This document shows positions 37,389 through 45,973 of a DNA stretch of 64,000 nt, piece after piece. The stretch comes from a virus. Taxonomy: Duplodnaviria; Heunggongvirae; Uroviricota; Caudoviricetes. A program made the position numbers and the translations under genes. Each line of letters starts with the position of its first letter. Within the stretch, counting starts at the first letter, position 1. Location of the stretch: IMG/VR virus record IMGVR_UViG_3300047564_003701, positions 11,687 through 75,686 of that record; one strand, given 5' to 3'. The notes under the pieces were generated by a model, which was not told the DNA's origin, ran no database searches, and saw only the letters and a program-made list of their open reading frames with translations.

Positions 37389-37418
37389 ATATTAAAGTAA
37401 AATAGCAGGGCTGTCAAA
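37389..37418 (-). promoter_or_regulatory. sigma70-type promoter for the minus-strand block
   Basis: Minus strand reads TTGACA-N17/18-TAATAT. Confidence 0.5.
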
Positions 37419-37425
37419 TGAAATA

Positions 37426-37441
37426 ATGTGCGACCGCACAT
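37426..37441. promoter_or_regulatory. palindromic operator-like site in divergent promoter region
   Basis: ATGTGCG-AC-CGCACAT, a 7-2-7 inverted repeat. Overlaps the -35 region of a plus-strand TATAAAT promoter and sits 8 nt upstream of the minus-strand -35. Confidence 0.45.
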
Positions 37442-37500
37442 TGTTTGATATAAATACTCAGTAGAAACACTGATTCTACACACACTTACAGAGGATAAAA

Positions 37501-37683
37501 ATGAAATATCTATCAGAACAGATGTTTAGGATGTTGGAGCGATTAGCCGAAATGTTTCCTAAACAGCATTATCAAAGCGAGCTAGACCGCTACATCACCA
37601 GCAGGTACCCACAGAACGCCTCAGATGTAGAACATTTTACCAAAGAGTTCGAATACAGAACACAACAGGGGAAATTTTTATGA
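37501..37683 (+). CDS. hypothetical small protein
   Basis: 60-aa ORF with a CA-rich leader and GAGGATAAAA SD. Confidence 0.4.
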   Translation: MKYLSEQMFRMLERLAEMFPKQHYQSELDRYITSRYPQNASDVEHFTKEFEYRTQQGKFL

Positions 37684-37812
37684 AATCATTCATCAACTAC
37701 ATCTGGTCCGTGATGGACTCGTTTGGCAGGGCTAGAGCTGCCACTTACTTTGCTCGTTTGGGCGATTACGAAGCTGCAAAACGTGTAATGGCGGAATGAT
37801 CCGTGTTTACTC

Positions 37813-37841
37813 TTGACTTTTTCCCATTAGGGATATATAAT
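37813..37841 (+). promoter_or_regulatory. consensus sigma70 promoter
   Basis: TTGACT-N17-TATAAT (TTGACTTTTT...TATATAAT). Confidence 0.6.
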
Positions 37842-37871
37842 AACACATACACAAACACACAAGGAGGAGTT

Positions 37872-38093
37872 ATGTTTTCACCAGTTTTTTACATTGAATC
37901 ATTTCAAAACACAAAAAAGATCGTTACCGATCAGATTTATAAAGATCCTGCCCTAAATAAAGCGGCACACGCATATATCGATGCACAAACACAATTTGCC
38001 AAGATGGCTGTGAATAACACCATCGAAATGGCTAAGTATTCTGTGGAATCCATTAGCAAGCATTGGTTTCCAAAGAAGGAAGGTACCGCCTAA
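37872..38093 (+). CDS. hypothetical small protein
   Basis: Start at the ATG after AAGGAGGAG and an ACACAC-rich leader. The upstream in-frame extension in the ORF track is unlikely. Confidence 0.45.
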   Translation: MFSPVFYIESFQNTKKIVTDQIYKDPALNKAAHAYIDAQTQFAKMAVNNTIEMAKYSVESISKHWFPKKEGTA

Positions 38094-38127
38094 GGTACAG
38101 GACATACACACATACAAAGGAGAATAA

Positions 38128-38395
38128 TATGTCAGACTTTACACCAAAACTACCGGAAGTTAAATTTAACAAGAACGGCTACGAAATCCGTACAGACATT
38201 CTTGATATGGCTAAAGGCATGTTAAGCGACGAGTTCCACTCAAAGTTCCAAGGATGGGAAATGACTGCCAAGCGCGATGAGAAGACTGGGCAGATCGTTA
38301 CTACAGTTGATATGCCAGAGTTTCCAGGTTTAGATAAAGTATTAGAGACCGCCGAAAAAATGTACGCATTTGTTAACAACGGCGTGAAGAAATAA
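38128..38395 (+). CDS. hypothetical small protein
   Basis: Start at the ATG after AAAGGAGAA with a CA-rich leader. Confidence 0.45.
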
Positions 38396-38455
38396 TATAG
38401 GCTCGTAGAGCAATATATAGCGGTAAAAGAAAAGCACCCTTAGGGTGCTTTTTCT

Positions 38456-39157
38456 TTATCTAACTGTAGCTAACTTAAAGAACCGCAAGATACAGATATA
38501 CATCCAACCTAGATCAAATTCATACCATTTCTGGCTGAACTTGGCATTGGCTCCATCACTGTGGTGATTGTTATGCAGTTCTTCGCCGCCAATCCACACC
38601 GCCCACGGAATGATGTTACGGCTGGTGTCTTTGGTATCGGTGTTGCGGTATCCCCACCAATGACTAACGCCGTTGATAACACCTGCGGCCCAAAACGGGA
38701 TCCATAACATTTGTATACCCCACACAAAAAATCCCACAGGGCCAAAAAGAACAAGATCTATGATCAACATTAAAAGAATCCCTAGGCGACTATGCGGGGT
38801 ATACAAATTCTCTTCTATCCAATCGTTAGGTGTGCTGTGACCTAATTCTTGTATTAATAGTTTATTTTTTGCAGCTTTGGCATACAGTAATGCGCCTCCA
38901 AATAATACACGCCATATTCCGTATACCTGCGGGCTGTGTGGATCTTTTTCTGTATCGCTGGCCTGATGATGTTTACGATGTATGGCTACCCACTCTCTAG
39001 TGACCATTCCGGTAGTCAACCATAACCAGAATCGCATAAAGTGTGCTACTACCGGATGAAACTGTACTGCTCTGTGTGCCTGACTACGGTGTAGATAAAG
39101 CGTGACACAGGCTATAGTGATTTGTACCATCACTAAGGTATATAAAAGTTCTATCAT
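38456..39157 (-). CDS. fatty-acid desaturase (membrane di-iron, histidine-box)
   Basis: His boxes HRKHH and HNNHH plus transmembrane helices. Start taken at the ATG that overlaps the upstream stop (TAATG). Confidence 0.7.
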   Translation of the reverse strand: MIELLYTLVMVQITIACVTLYLHRSQAHRAVQFHPVVAHFMRFWLWLTTGMVTREWVAIHRKHHQASDTEKDPHSPQVYGIWRVLFGGALLYAKAAKNKLLIQELGHSTPNDWIEENLYTPHSRLGILLMLIIDLVLFGPVGFFVWGIQMLWIPFWAAGVINGVSHWWGYRNTDTKDTSRNIIPWAVWIGGEELHNNHHSDGANAKFSQKWYEFDLGWMYICILRFFKLATVR

Positions 39158-39777
39158 TAATAATTCCCGGAGGCCAGAACAATTTTGCAAATGTGCTCTA
39201 GTCGCTCTATGTGTTCAAAAGACCGCCATGGAGTTGAATCTATAGCCACGACCCCGTGTCCTTTGATACCTACTATGTCGTACTTAATCTCACCTGTAGA
39301 TTCATTTAAACCCAACTTTTTATGACATTGATCTCCCAGTTCTTGACTTATAGGCGGAACGTCTCCTACGTTTGGTGCTACACGAGTATAACGGCCTAAT
39401 TCTGGAAAATGTTTAACTAATTCTGATAATTCAATTCCGGCGTGCATAGCCGCCACACAATATGTAGGATGGATGTGGGTTACTACACGAACTTCGTCTG
39501 TATGTATCTTGTGCTGGAGACCGAAATGCAATGGCATTTCACCTGTAGGTTGCAGTCCAGATGAAATTTCGGAATAAATCATTTCTTCCCAATAACGATC
39601 AGATAGGATCTTTATTTTCTTGAACTGATCCGGTTGCATCGTTTGTTTACGAACTCCGCTAGGAGTGACGTAAAAATGATCACGATCGTGATGGCGAATC
39701 GAAATATTGCCATCTCTACTTGTGATCCAATTGCGTTTATACGATTCTACTAATATGTCGCAGATGGTTTCTAACAT
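39157..39777 (-). CDS. class II aldolase/adducin-family protein
   Basis: NWITSRDGNISIR...FYVTPSGV...E...H.H.TH.HP metal-binding pattern of the class II aldolase fold. Confidence 0.6.
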   Translation of the reverse strand: MLETICDILVESYKRNWITSRDGNISIRHHDRDHFYVTPSGVRKQTMQPDQFKKIKILSDRYWEEMIYSEISSGLQPTGEMPLHFGLQHKIHTDEVRVVTHIHPTYCVAAMHAGIELSELVKHFPELGRYTRVAPNVGDVPPISQELGDQCHKKLGLNESTGEIKYDIVGIKGHGVVAIDSTPWRSFEHIERLEHICKIVLASGNY

Positions 39778-39829
39778 TATTAAAACTGCTCCTTGTATGT
39801 TGCCAGTATTTATGGTACAGCGATAGCGG

Positions 39830-39858
39830 TTGACTTTTTAATTAACCGGGTATATAAT
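39830..39858 (+). promoter_or_regulatory. consensus sigma70 promoter, apparently leaderless transcript
   Basis: TTGACT-N17-TATAAT, with the ATG 7 nt downstream of the -10. Confidence 0.55.
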
Positions 39859-39864
39859 ACAAGT

Positions 39865-40056
39865 ATGGAAATCAATTCTGCATCATTAAAATACTACGAA
39901 GAACATCACTTATATCTCCAAAAAATGCGAGATAAAACTCTCTATGAAAATAGAGTAGAGCAGGAACAACATCTGCAAAAACTTAGAGTAGATAATACTC
40001 AAAGAGCTAGAGAATTGGATAGAAACCTAGGACAAAACATAGACGTTACAGTATGA
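39865..40056 (+). CDS. hypothetical small protein
   Basis: ORF starting at the ATG right after the promoter. Confidence 0.4.
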   Translation: MEINSASLKYYEEHHLYLQKMRDKTLYENRVEQEQHLQKLRVDNTQRARELDRNLGQNIDVTV

Positions 40057-40631
40057 AAAAAATCATTTTAACAGACGCAGACGGAGTTCTACTAGATTGG
40101 GAATGGGCATTCTCAGTTTGGATGCAAGAACGCGGTTACACACTTACAGCAGATAACAAGAAAAGCTATTATCTGCATCACCACTATAATGAGCTAGAAG
40201 AAAAGGATGCCAAAAAGGTTGTTAAGACTTTTAACGAATCTGCAGCAATTGGATTCTTACCTGCACTTCGTGATAGTGCTTATTATGTTAAAAGACTGCA
40301 CGAAGAACACGGCTATGAATTCCGTGTAATCACAAGTCTAAGTCTAGATAAGAATGCACAGAAACTGCGTGAAATGAATCTGCGTAAGTTGTTTGGCAAT
40401 GCTATCGAATCAGTTATTTGTTTAGACACAGGCGCTGACAAGGATGAAGCTCTTGAACCGTATCGTGATAGTGGCCTATGGTGGCTTGAGGACAAGCCAG
40501 CTAACGCAGATGTTGGACACAAATTAGGACTTAAATCAATTCTAATTGAACACGGGCATAATATGCATCACAAATGTTCTTATCCTGTAGTTAAAAACTG
40601 GAAAGAAATTTACGAGAGAGTTCTGTCATAA
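40053..40631 (+). CDS. 5'(3')-deoxyribonucleotidase-like HAD phosphatase (NT5C family)
   Basis: MKKIILTDADGVLLDW DxDGV motif and HAD architecture, as in phage NT5C-type nucleotidases. Confidence 0.6.
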   Translation: MKKIILTDADGVLLDWEWAFSVWMQERGYTLTADNKKSYYLHHHYNELEEKDAKKVVKTFNESAAIGFLPALRDSAYYVKRLHEEHGYEFRVITSLSLDKNAQKLREMNLRKLFGNAIESVICLDTGADKDEALEPYRDSGLWWLEDKPANADVGHKLGLKSILIEHGHNMHHKCSYPVVKNWKEIYERVLS

Positions 40632-40692
40632 TAAATATCCCTGCGTGTGAGGCGATCTGAGCTAGGCCTAAATCAACCTTAAGGAGATTTAG

Positions 40693-41556
40693 ATGGCCAG
40701 AACAAAGAAAGAACAGGCAGCAGCCCCTGAGACCCGTTCCGAAATGGAAATGATCAAAGAGCTGCAAGATGAATTACGTTATCTTAGAGAACAGCGCAGT
40801 GCTAAAAGTGCTGATCCCGAACAGGTAGCGAAACAGCAGGAATTAGTTGCTAAAAATACAAGACGAGCCTGGGATTCAGAAGCCCTGGTTCAGTTCAACG
40901 TGGCTCAGGTACAGGTGGCTCGTTCAATCGTCGAAGAAAATGTAACTGATGCTATGCAAAGTTATACTATTAATGCGGGCGGTAATCGCGAACTGATTAT
41001 GCGTACCACAGACGATGTATATCGTAATCGTATGATGATGCTTACACAGTTGCAGCCTGCAACACCTATGCAGGCCTTGTTCCAAGATTCGATGATAACA
41101 AAGACCAAACTAGATTATCTGCACCATCGCAATCAGGTTAATCAAGAAATGGTAACTATCATTCAAGAAATGGCTGATGCTATTCGTAAGATTGGTGATG
41201 TCAGCGAACGTTTCTATGTGCTCAACGAAATGATGGTTGAACACTGTGATGAAGTGTCAGACGAGAACGCACTGTGGTTTGACGGAGAGTTGACAGCTAT
41301 GATGCAGGCTGCTACCCAAGATGATAACAGTCAACGAGTTGAATTAGCTGAAACTGAGACCGATATCATTCTCAAGTCAGCTGAACTTAATCGATTAGAA
41401 ATTCGTGCTCTAGCAGGATTAGCCGATAGTCTAGGAGATCATCTTCAAGAATGTCAAGACCACGGCAACGAACTCAGAGACGATGTTATCAATCTCAGGG
41501 AAAAAGTCGACGGCACACAGAAGCGAATCGCTGATCGCATTGCACCAAAAAGATGA
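40693..41556 (+). CDS. hypothetical coiled-coil protein
   Basis: 287-aa ORF, helical and acidic. Confidence 0.4.
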   Translation: MARTKKEQAAAPETRSEMEMIKELQDELRYLREQRSAKSADPEQVAKQQELVAKNTRRAWDSEALVQFNVAQVQVARSIVEENVTDAMQSYTINAGGNRELIMRTTDDVYRNRMMMLTQLQPATPMQALFQDSMITKTKLDYLHHRNQVNQEMVTIIQEMADAIRKIGDVSERFYVLNEMMVEHCDEVSDENALWFDGELTAMMQAATQDDNSQRVELAETETDIILKSAELNRLEIRALAGLADSLGDHLQECQDHGNELRDDVINLREKVDGTQKRIADRIAPKR

Positions 41557-41756
41557 TATTTCCGGATAAACCTAGGCCGCCTTGGCAATATGCGAAACCG
41601 AAGATCCAAAACACAAGGATCCAAAGTCGACCTGAAGAGGTCGACGAACCTCTCAAGGTACCTAAGCCCGCAGGTTATTATCGAGAAAGAGTTGAGTTTG
41701 GATTGATAATAATCGGTATGTATTTTTGGATTCAATATTGGATGCAGTTCGCATAA
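41553..41756 (+). CDS. hypothetical small protein
   Basis: ATGA-coupled ORF. Confidence 0.3.
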   Translation: MIFPDKPRPPWQYAKPKIQNTRIQSRPEEVDEPLKVPKPAGYYRERVEFGLIIIGMYFWIQYWMQFA

Positions 41757-41983
41757 TATTCGATGATCTAAGTATAGATCTCGTGCTAGCTCATCGACGA
41801 TGGAGTAGGATTCGTCGAATAAGAAATGCACTGAGATCTATACGACGACAATATCCTCAGATCAAATTTACACACAATAGACAAGATCAGATCGTTACAG
41901 TGGAATTTTATTCGGATATTGATCTTTTTCAGTTTGTTCTTGTATGGCCTACTAATCTACCCAAATGGCGCAGACTTAGTTAG
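41726..41983 (+). CDS. hypothetical small protein
   Basis: ORF. Confidence 0.3.
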   Translation: MDSILDAVRIIFDDLSIDLVLAHRRWSRIRRIRNALRSIRRQYPQIKFTHNRQDQIVTVEFYSDIDLFQFVLVWPTNLPKWRRLS

Positions 41984-42118
41984 ATTTAATGTCTTGCTTA
42001 GACTCTTGTTTTAATTCCACTTTTGTTTCGTGTTTTGGAAAGTAAGGATCTATTAGATAATAGTTTGCACCCCACCAACCTACTGCGCTGAAAAAACCCC
42101 AGGTTATAATTTCTAAGA

Positions 42119-42841
42119 TCATACATTCTCCATTAAACGATTAACAAAGTCTAGTAATAATTTATTATGCCGGCCATTGTGCCAATGCCTAGGCATCCAG
42201 GTATAATAATCGTACCAATCTTTCTGACTTTCGGGGTGGCAACCTATTAGTCCAACTTGCTCTTGTATAATAGCCATAGGATCCCTATTGCTATAGCTAG
42301 CCACGACATCCATATTACCGCCAGTAATAGCACAACCGTCATAGAAATACATCCTTTCTAATTGCCCTTGCCAGCTGACCAACTGTCCTTTGGCATGGGG
42401 GCGTCTAGTATCTGCGTTGGGGCGTCTGATGTATTGTTCGACTCGGGTGCCAGTATTGAGAATATCGAAGTAATGTTGATCAGCCCAATAAGCACCAAGG
42501 CAAATACCCAAATACTTCCCGCCCTTTTTGACATAATCACGTATGGTGCTAACATGCCTATCAAGAATAACATCAAATCTGTCTGAATCACCTAAGCCTC
42601 CTGGAAAACAAACACAGTCTACATCGTCGAAGTATGTATCTTCTATGTCGTGCTTAGTGAATATTTTAAACTTGTAGTGCGGAGATAATGAATGGATTAT
42701 TCCGTTTACCGACTGAACGGAGCACAAAGGGTGATGCAGAAATATAGCTATGGTGCGCATACAACCAAAAAGATAATGCTCACTTAGAACGCCATTCCGG
42801 GGCACGACTCCCATAACGCTCTGCCCAGCAGCCGGGCACAC
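42119..42841 (-). CDS. class I glutamine amidotransferase-like (gamma-glutamyl hydrolase/GATase1 fold) protein
   Basis: GICLGAY nucleophile elbow (G-x-C-x-G) and a downstream His. Start codon ambiguous (GTG at 42841, or ATG at 42760). Confidence 0.45.
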   Translation of the reverse strand: MCPAAGQSVMGVVPRNGVLSEHYLFGCMRTIAIFLHHPLCSVQSVNGIIHSLSPHYKFKIFTKHDIEDTYFDDVDCVCFPGGLGDSDRFDVILDRHVSTIRDYVKKGGKYLGICLGAYWADQHYFDILNTGTRVEQYIRRPNADTRRPHAKGQLVSWQGQLERMYFYDGCAITGGNMDVVASYSNRDPMAIIQEQVGLIGCHPESQKDWYDYYTWMPRHWHNGRHNKLLLDFVNRLMENV

Positions 42842-42872
42842 CTAAAGTAACGATAACGTCCTAAGGTAGGTG

Positions 42873-43982
42873 TTAGTTTTGCTTCTCGATAGTATAGTCT
42901 GCTTCAGTACTATCTGGATAGCGTGTGGTTAATTTGTCAATGATATCTGCTCGACTTTCGCCTTCAATCCGTGCTTGCTTGCCTGATGCATTTTGGGTTA
43001 CTAAGTAAGTTCCAGGGCCATCGTTGGCATCCTGCTCAGGTTCATCCTTCTTTTCCTCGCCCGATGCAAAAGATAACGGAAACTTTTGTTTAAGGTCTGA
43101 TATAGCACTATCGATATCATAACCGCCACGAGCAATATCTTTGCTGGCATCTTTGATTTCGGCCGATTTAGATTTCATTCCTGCTATGATCTTTTTCAAC
43201 AGTCCTGGAAACAGCTCAGAGAACACACTGTCCTTACGCACAGTCTGATTACCGTTATTGATCTGATCTGTAGGTGCGTGTATTTGCCACTTGCCGTTGA
43301 CATCGTCAACATTGTCTTTGTCTATGACGCTGATGATAGGACCGTCCGGTGCGTACCTTTCAAACCAACGAGCTCCAGAACTAGAACCTGTACAGAACGA
43401 TGCTTGAAATCCTGCTGAGTTATTAAATGTATAGCAGCTACCGTAGTTAAAAGGAACTACGACTAAGAAACGCTCATCATCAACGATAGTGATCTCTTTC
43501 TTTTCTCGTTTATGTTTTTCGATGACTTCAGCATCTTTGATACGCTGTAGTTCATCTCGGTATTCTCTGCTCTGTACAATGCTCTGTATCTGACGCAGAT
43601 TTTTAAATTTATTAAAATCTTGATGTGGCTCTTTGAGCTTACCTCTGATGCTTAGTGCTTTCCAAGCTCCTAATGCATCGCCGCCTTCTCCGTTGACATC
43701 TTCATAGTCAACCACACCGTTGACATACAATCTAGTCAGCCAGTCATCAAATTTGCCATCGGCAGAAAGATCACCGTAGCTAGTTGAACGCAAACTGTCG
43801 TCTAACATTTCACTCCACAGCTTTAGAATTTCTTCATCCGAAGGCTTAGTGCCTAGACGGGCTACTTTGTCTTTAGGTAGAGTTTGATCGTGACGCATCG
43901 CGATGCCTAGCATCTTGATCATCTTAGGATCTTTGAGTTTGGCTGCTATATTAGCTTCTAGAACGATTTGATTGAGTTTCAT
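42873..43982 (-). CDS. hypothetical protein
   Basis: 369-aa ORF. Confidence 0.4.
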   Translation of the reverse strand: MKLNQIVLEANIAAKLKDPKMIKMLGIAMRHDQTLPKDKVARLGTKPSDEEILKLWSEMLDDSLRSTSYGDLSADGKFDDWLTRLYVNGVVDYEDVNGEGGDALGAWKALSIRGKLKEPHQDFNKFKNLRQIQSIVQSREYRDELQRIKDAEVIEKHKREKKEITIVDDERFLVVVPFNYGSCYTFNNSAGFQASFCTGSSSGARWFERYAPDGPIISVIDKDNVDDVNGKWQIHAPTDQINNGNQTVRKDSVFSELFPGLLKKIIAGMKSKSAEIKDASKDIARGGYDIDSAISDLKQKFPLSFASGEEKKDEPEQDANDGPGTYLVTQNASGKQARIEGESRADIIDKLTTRYPDSTEADYTIEKQN

Positions 43983-44890
43983 CCTGTTATCAATGCCCTT
44001 TTAAAGAATCCTAAGACCGTACCTAGTTTTTTCTGATCTCCGTTGGCAATGTCTTTCAATAATTGTTGAGGTCCTTCGCTACGCTGTGCTGAATAGCTAT
44101 TTGAATAACCTTTAGTAATAGAGCCTGTCTGTTCTGGGTAATGATGACTAGCAGCCATTAGCACTGCAATGTTGATAGCACTTTTTACTGATCCGGGTGT
44201 GTCTGCACTGGTACCTGCTTCTAGACCTTCTAGTGCGTTCTGCAAACTTTCAACCTGTGACAGTTTGCGTTTAGCTTTTTCAAATGCATCATTCTTAATC
44301 ATATTGGCCACGTGACCTTTGATGTCTGCCACAGCTGATTGTATGGCTTTGGCCCATAGAGGTTTGAACTTCTTCATCAGCATTTCTTGATCAACGGTTC
44401 TCTCTAGACCTTTCTTAGCGTCAGCTCGTTTTTGTTGTTTATCATCGACGGCTGATGTGTTACGACCAACATAAAACTTTTGTAATTTGCCGATGTTTGT
44501 CTTGAGAAAATCTAAAATATTTCCGCCGCGCCCATCTGAAGTAGTATCAACTGGGCCGCCTGCACTGGAAACAGCATCATAGGTATCTCTGCGTGATCTA
44601 ATAGCACCTGTGCCTTTTGATCCTACGACAATGACCCATGATCCTCTGTAAGGCTCTTTAAGATCACTCCAACTGATCTTTTCTACCTGTCGATAGTCTT
44701 GATCGTGGGCTAATTTCATATCTTTATGAAGATATGTAACCACTTCTTTGCCACCAGAATTTCCAGAAATAAGACTCAGAGAAGTACTGGCTTCGTCGAT
44801 GTGACTTTCTAACAGATCAGCGAAAACTTTGTAGCCATTGACGTTCATATTAATTACACCAGCTTTGTTTTGCCTCGCCGTAGTACTCAC
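43979..44890 (-). CDS. hypothetical protein
   Basis: 303-aa ORF. Confidence 0.4.
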   Translation of the reverse strand: MSTTARQNKAGVINMNVNGYKVFADLLESHIDEASTSLSLISGNSGGKEVVTYLHKDMKLAHDQDYRQVEKISWSDLKEPYRGSWVIVVGSKGTGAIRSRRDTYDAVSSAGGPVDTTSDGRGGNILDFLKTNIGKLQKFYVGRNTSAVDDKQQKRADAKKGLERTVDQEMLMKKFKPLWAKAIQSAVADIKGHVANMIKNDAFEKAKRKLSQVESLQNALEGLEAGTSADTPGSVKSAINIAVLMAASHHYPEQTGSITKGYSNSYSAQRSEGPQQLLKDIANGDQKKLGTVLGFFKRALITG

Positions 44891-45323
44891 GAGCGAAACC
44901 GTTTGCTATGAGAGCAGCACGGAGACTTTGTCCGTTGACTAAAATGTCACCAAGTACACGACCTCCAAACTTGTCCCACCCGTAGAGCGTAGCTTGAAAC
45001 TTGCCTCCACTGGCTGCTGCGGTTGCGATAGCATTCTTAGTGAATGCTGAGGCTGCTTCTCCTCGCTGTGCTTCTGAAGGGCATTGAGCACGATGTCCTT
45101 TTTCTGGTGTATCAACACCGTAGACTCTAACTGCCAATTCTGGCTTAAGGGGTGCTGGTAGAAAGGGGGCTGCGATCACCACCGTATCGCCATCACTCAC
45201 TCTTAGGATTTGTGCATCGTATGTAACACCCTTAGGTGCTTTTTGTGCGAATGCTGCTTTTGTTAATGGAAAAAACAGCAGGAATCCTATCATTAATAGG
45301 ATGGCTTTTTCTTTAGAAAACAT
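44850..45323 (-). CDS. secreted staphylococcal-nuclease-like thermonuclease (SNase)
   Basis: Signal peptide followed by RVSDGDTVVI...RVYGVDTPEKG SNase motifs. Start at the internal ATG with a GAGG SD. Confidence 0.65.
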   Translation of the reverse strand: MFSKEKAILLMIGFLLFFPLTKAAFAQKAPKGVTYDAQILRVSDGDTVVIAAPFLPAPLKPELAVRVYGVDTPEKGHRAQCPSEAQRGEAASAFTKNAIATAAASGGKFQATLYGWDKFGGRVLGDILVNGQSLRAALIANGFAREYYGEAKQSWCN

Positions 45324-45349
45324 AGAAACCTCACGAATAATAGCTGTAT

Positions 45350-45973
45350 TTATATACTTTTCTCTGTATACTCGGCTTTTGTCCAACCAATAAGAAAATT
45401 GGATTTCCAATGGTTCTGTTCAAACCCCTGTAGAGATTCCCACTGCTTCCGATGTTGCCAAACACTGTGGGCAGCATCTGTCCAATCTGTATGACGTACA
45501 GTCCATTCAAAATTAATCATTCGATTTTTAAAGAAATCATAATCGCAATGATCGTATTCTACGTGCAGAACTTCAAACACGGATCCGTCTTCTGAGACAG
45601 CATCTAGGGCGAAATCAAACCCCCATTTCTGTTTTGTTCTTAATAACATATCAGCCTGCGGGACAGCTGTCTTGAGTTCTCGTAATTGCTGCTCTGCCTC
45701 TCCAATATACCTACATCTGCACAAGAACATACTGTGATCTAATATTAGGTCGGAAGTTTTGTTTTCTAATTCAAACCAAGGTTCTTGCCAACAATGATGG
45801 TTTAAGATTTCGTGATCGATCGGATATTTCATAGCGGCATAGAATTTCTGCTCTGCTAGATTAAGTTCAAATCCGTCCTTGTCATAATATCTAAAATCAC
45901 TTACATCAAGGTCTTCAATCCTTTTCGTACAAGAAGGATCTGACATTAGCGTAATTTGATGTCTGCGGAACAT
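45350..45973 (-). CDS. hypothetical Cys/His-rich protein
   Basis: Start at the ATG overlapping the tail-fibre stop (TAATG). Confidence 0.4.
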   Translation of the reverse strand: MFRRHQITLMSDPSCTKRIEDLDVSDFRYYDKDGFELNLAEQKFYAAMKYPIDHEILNHHCWQEPWFELENKTSDLILDHSMFLCRCRYIGEAEQQLRELKTAVPQADMLLRTKQKWGFDFALDAVSEDGSVFEVLHVEYDHCDYDFFKNRMINFEWTVRHTDWTDAAHSVWQHRKQWESLQGFEQNHWKSNFLIGWTKAEYTEKSI

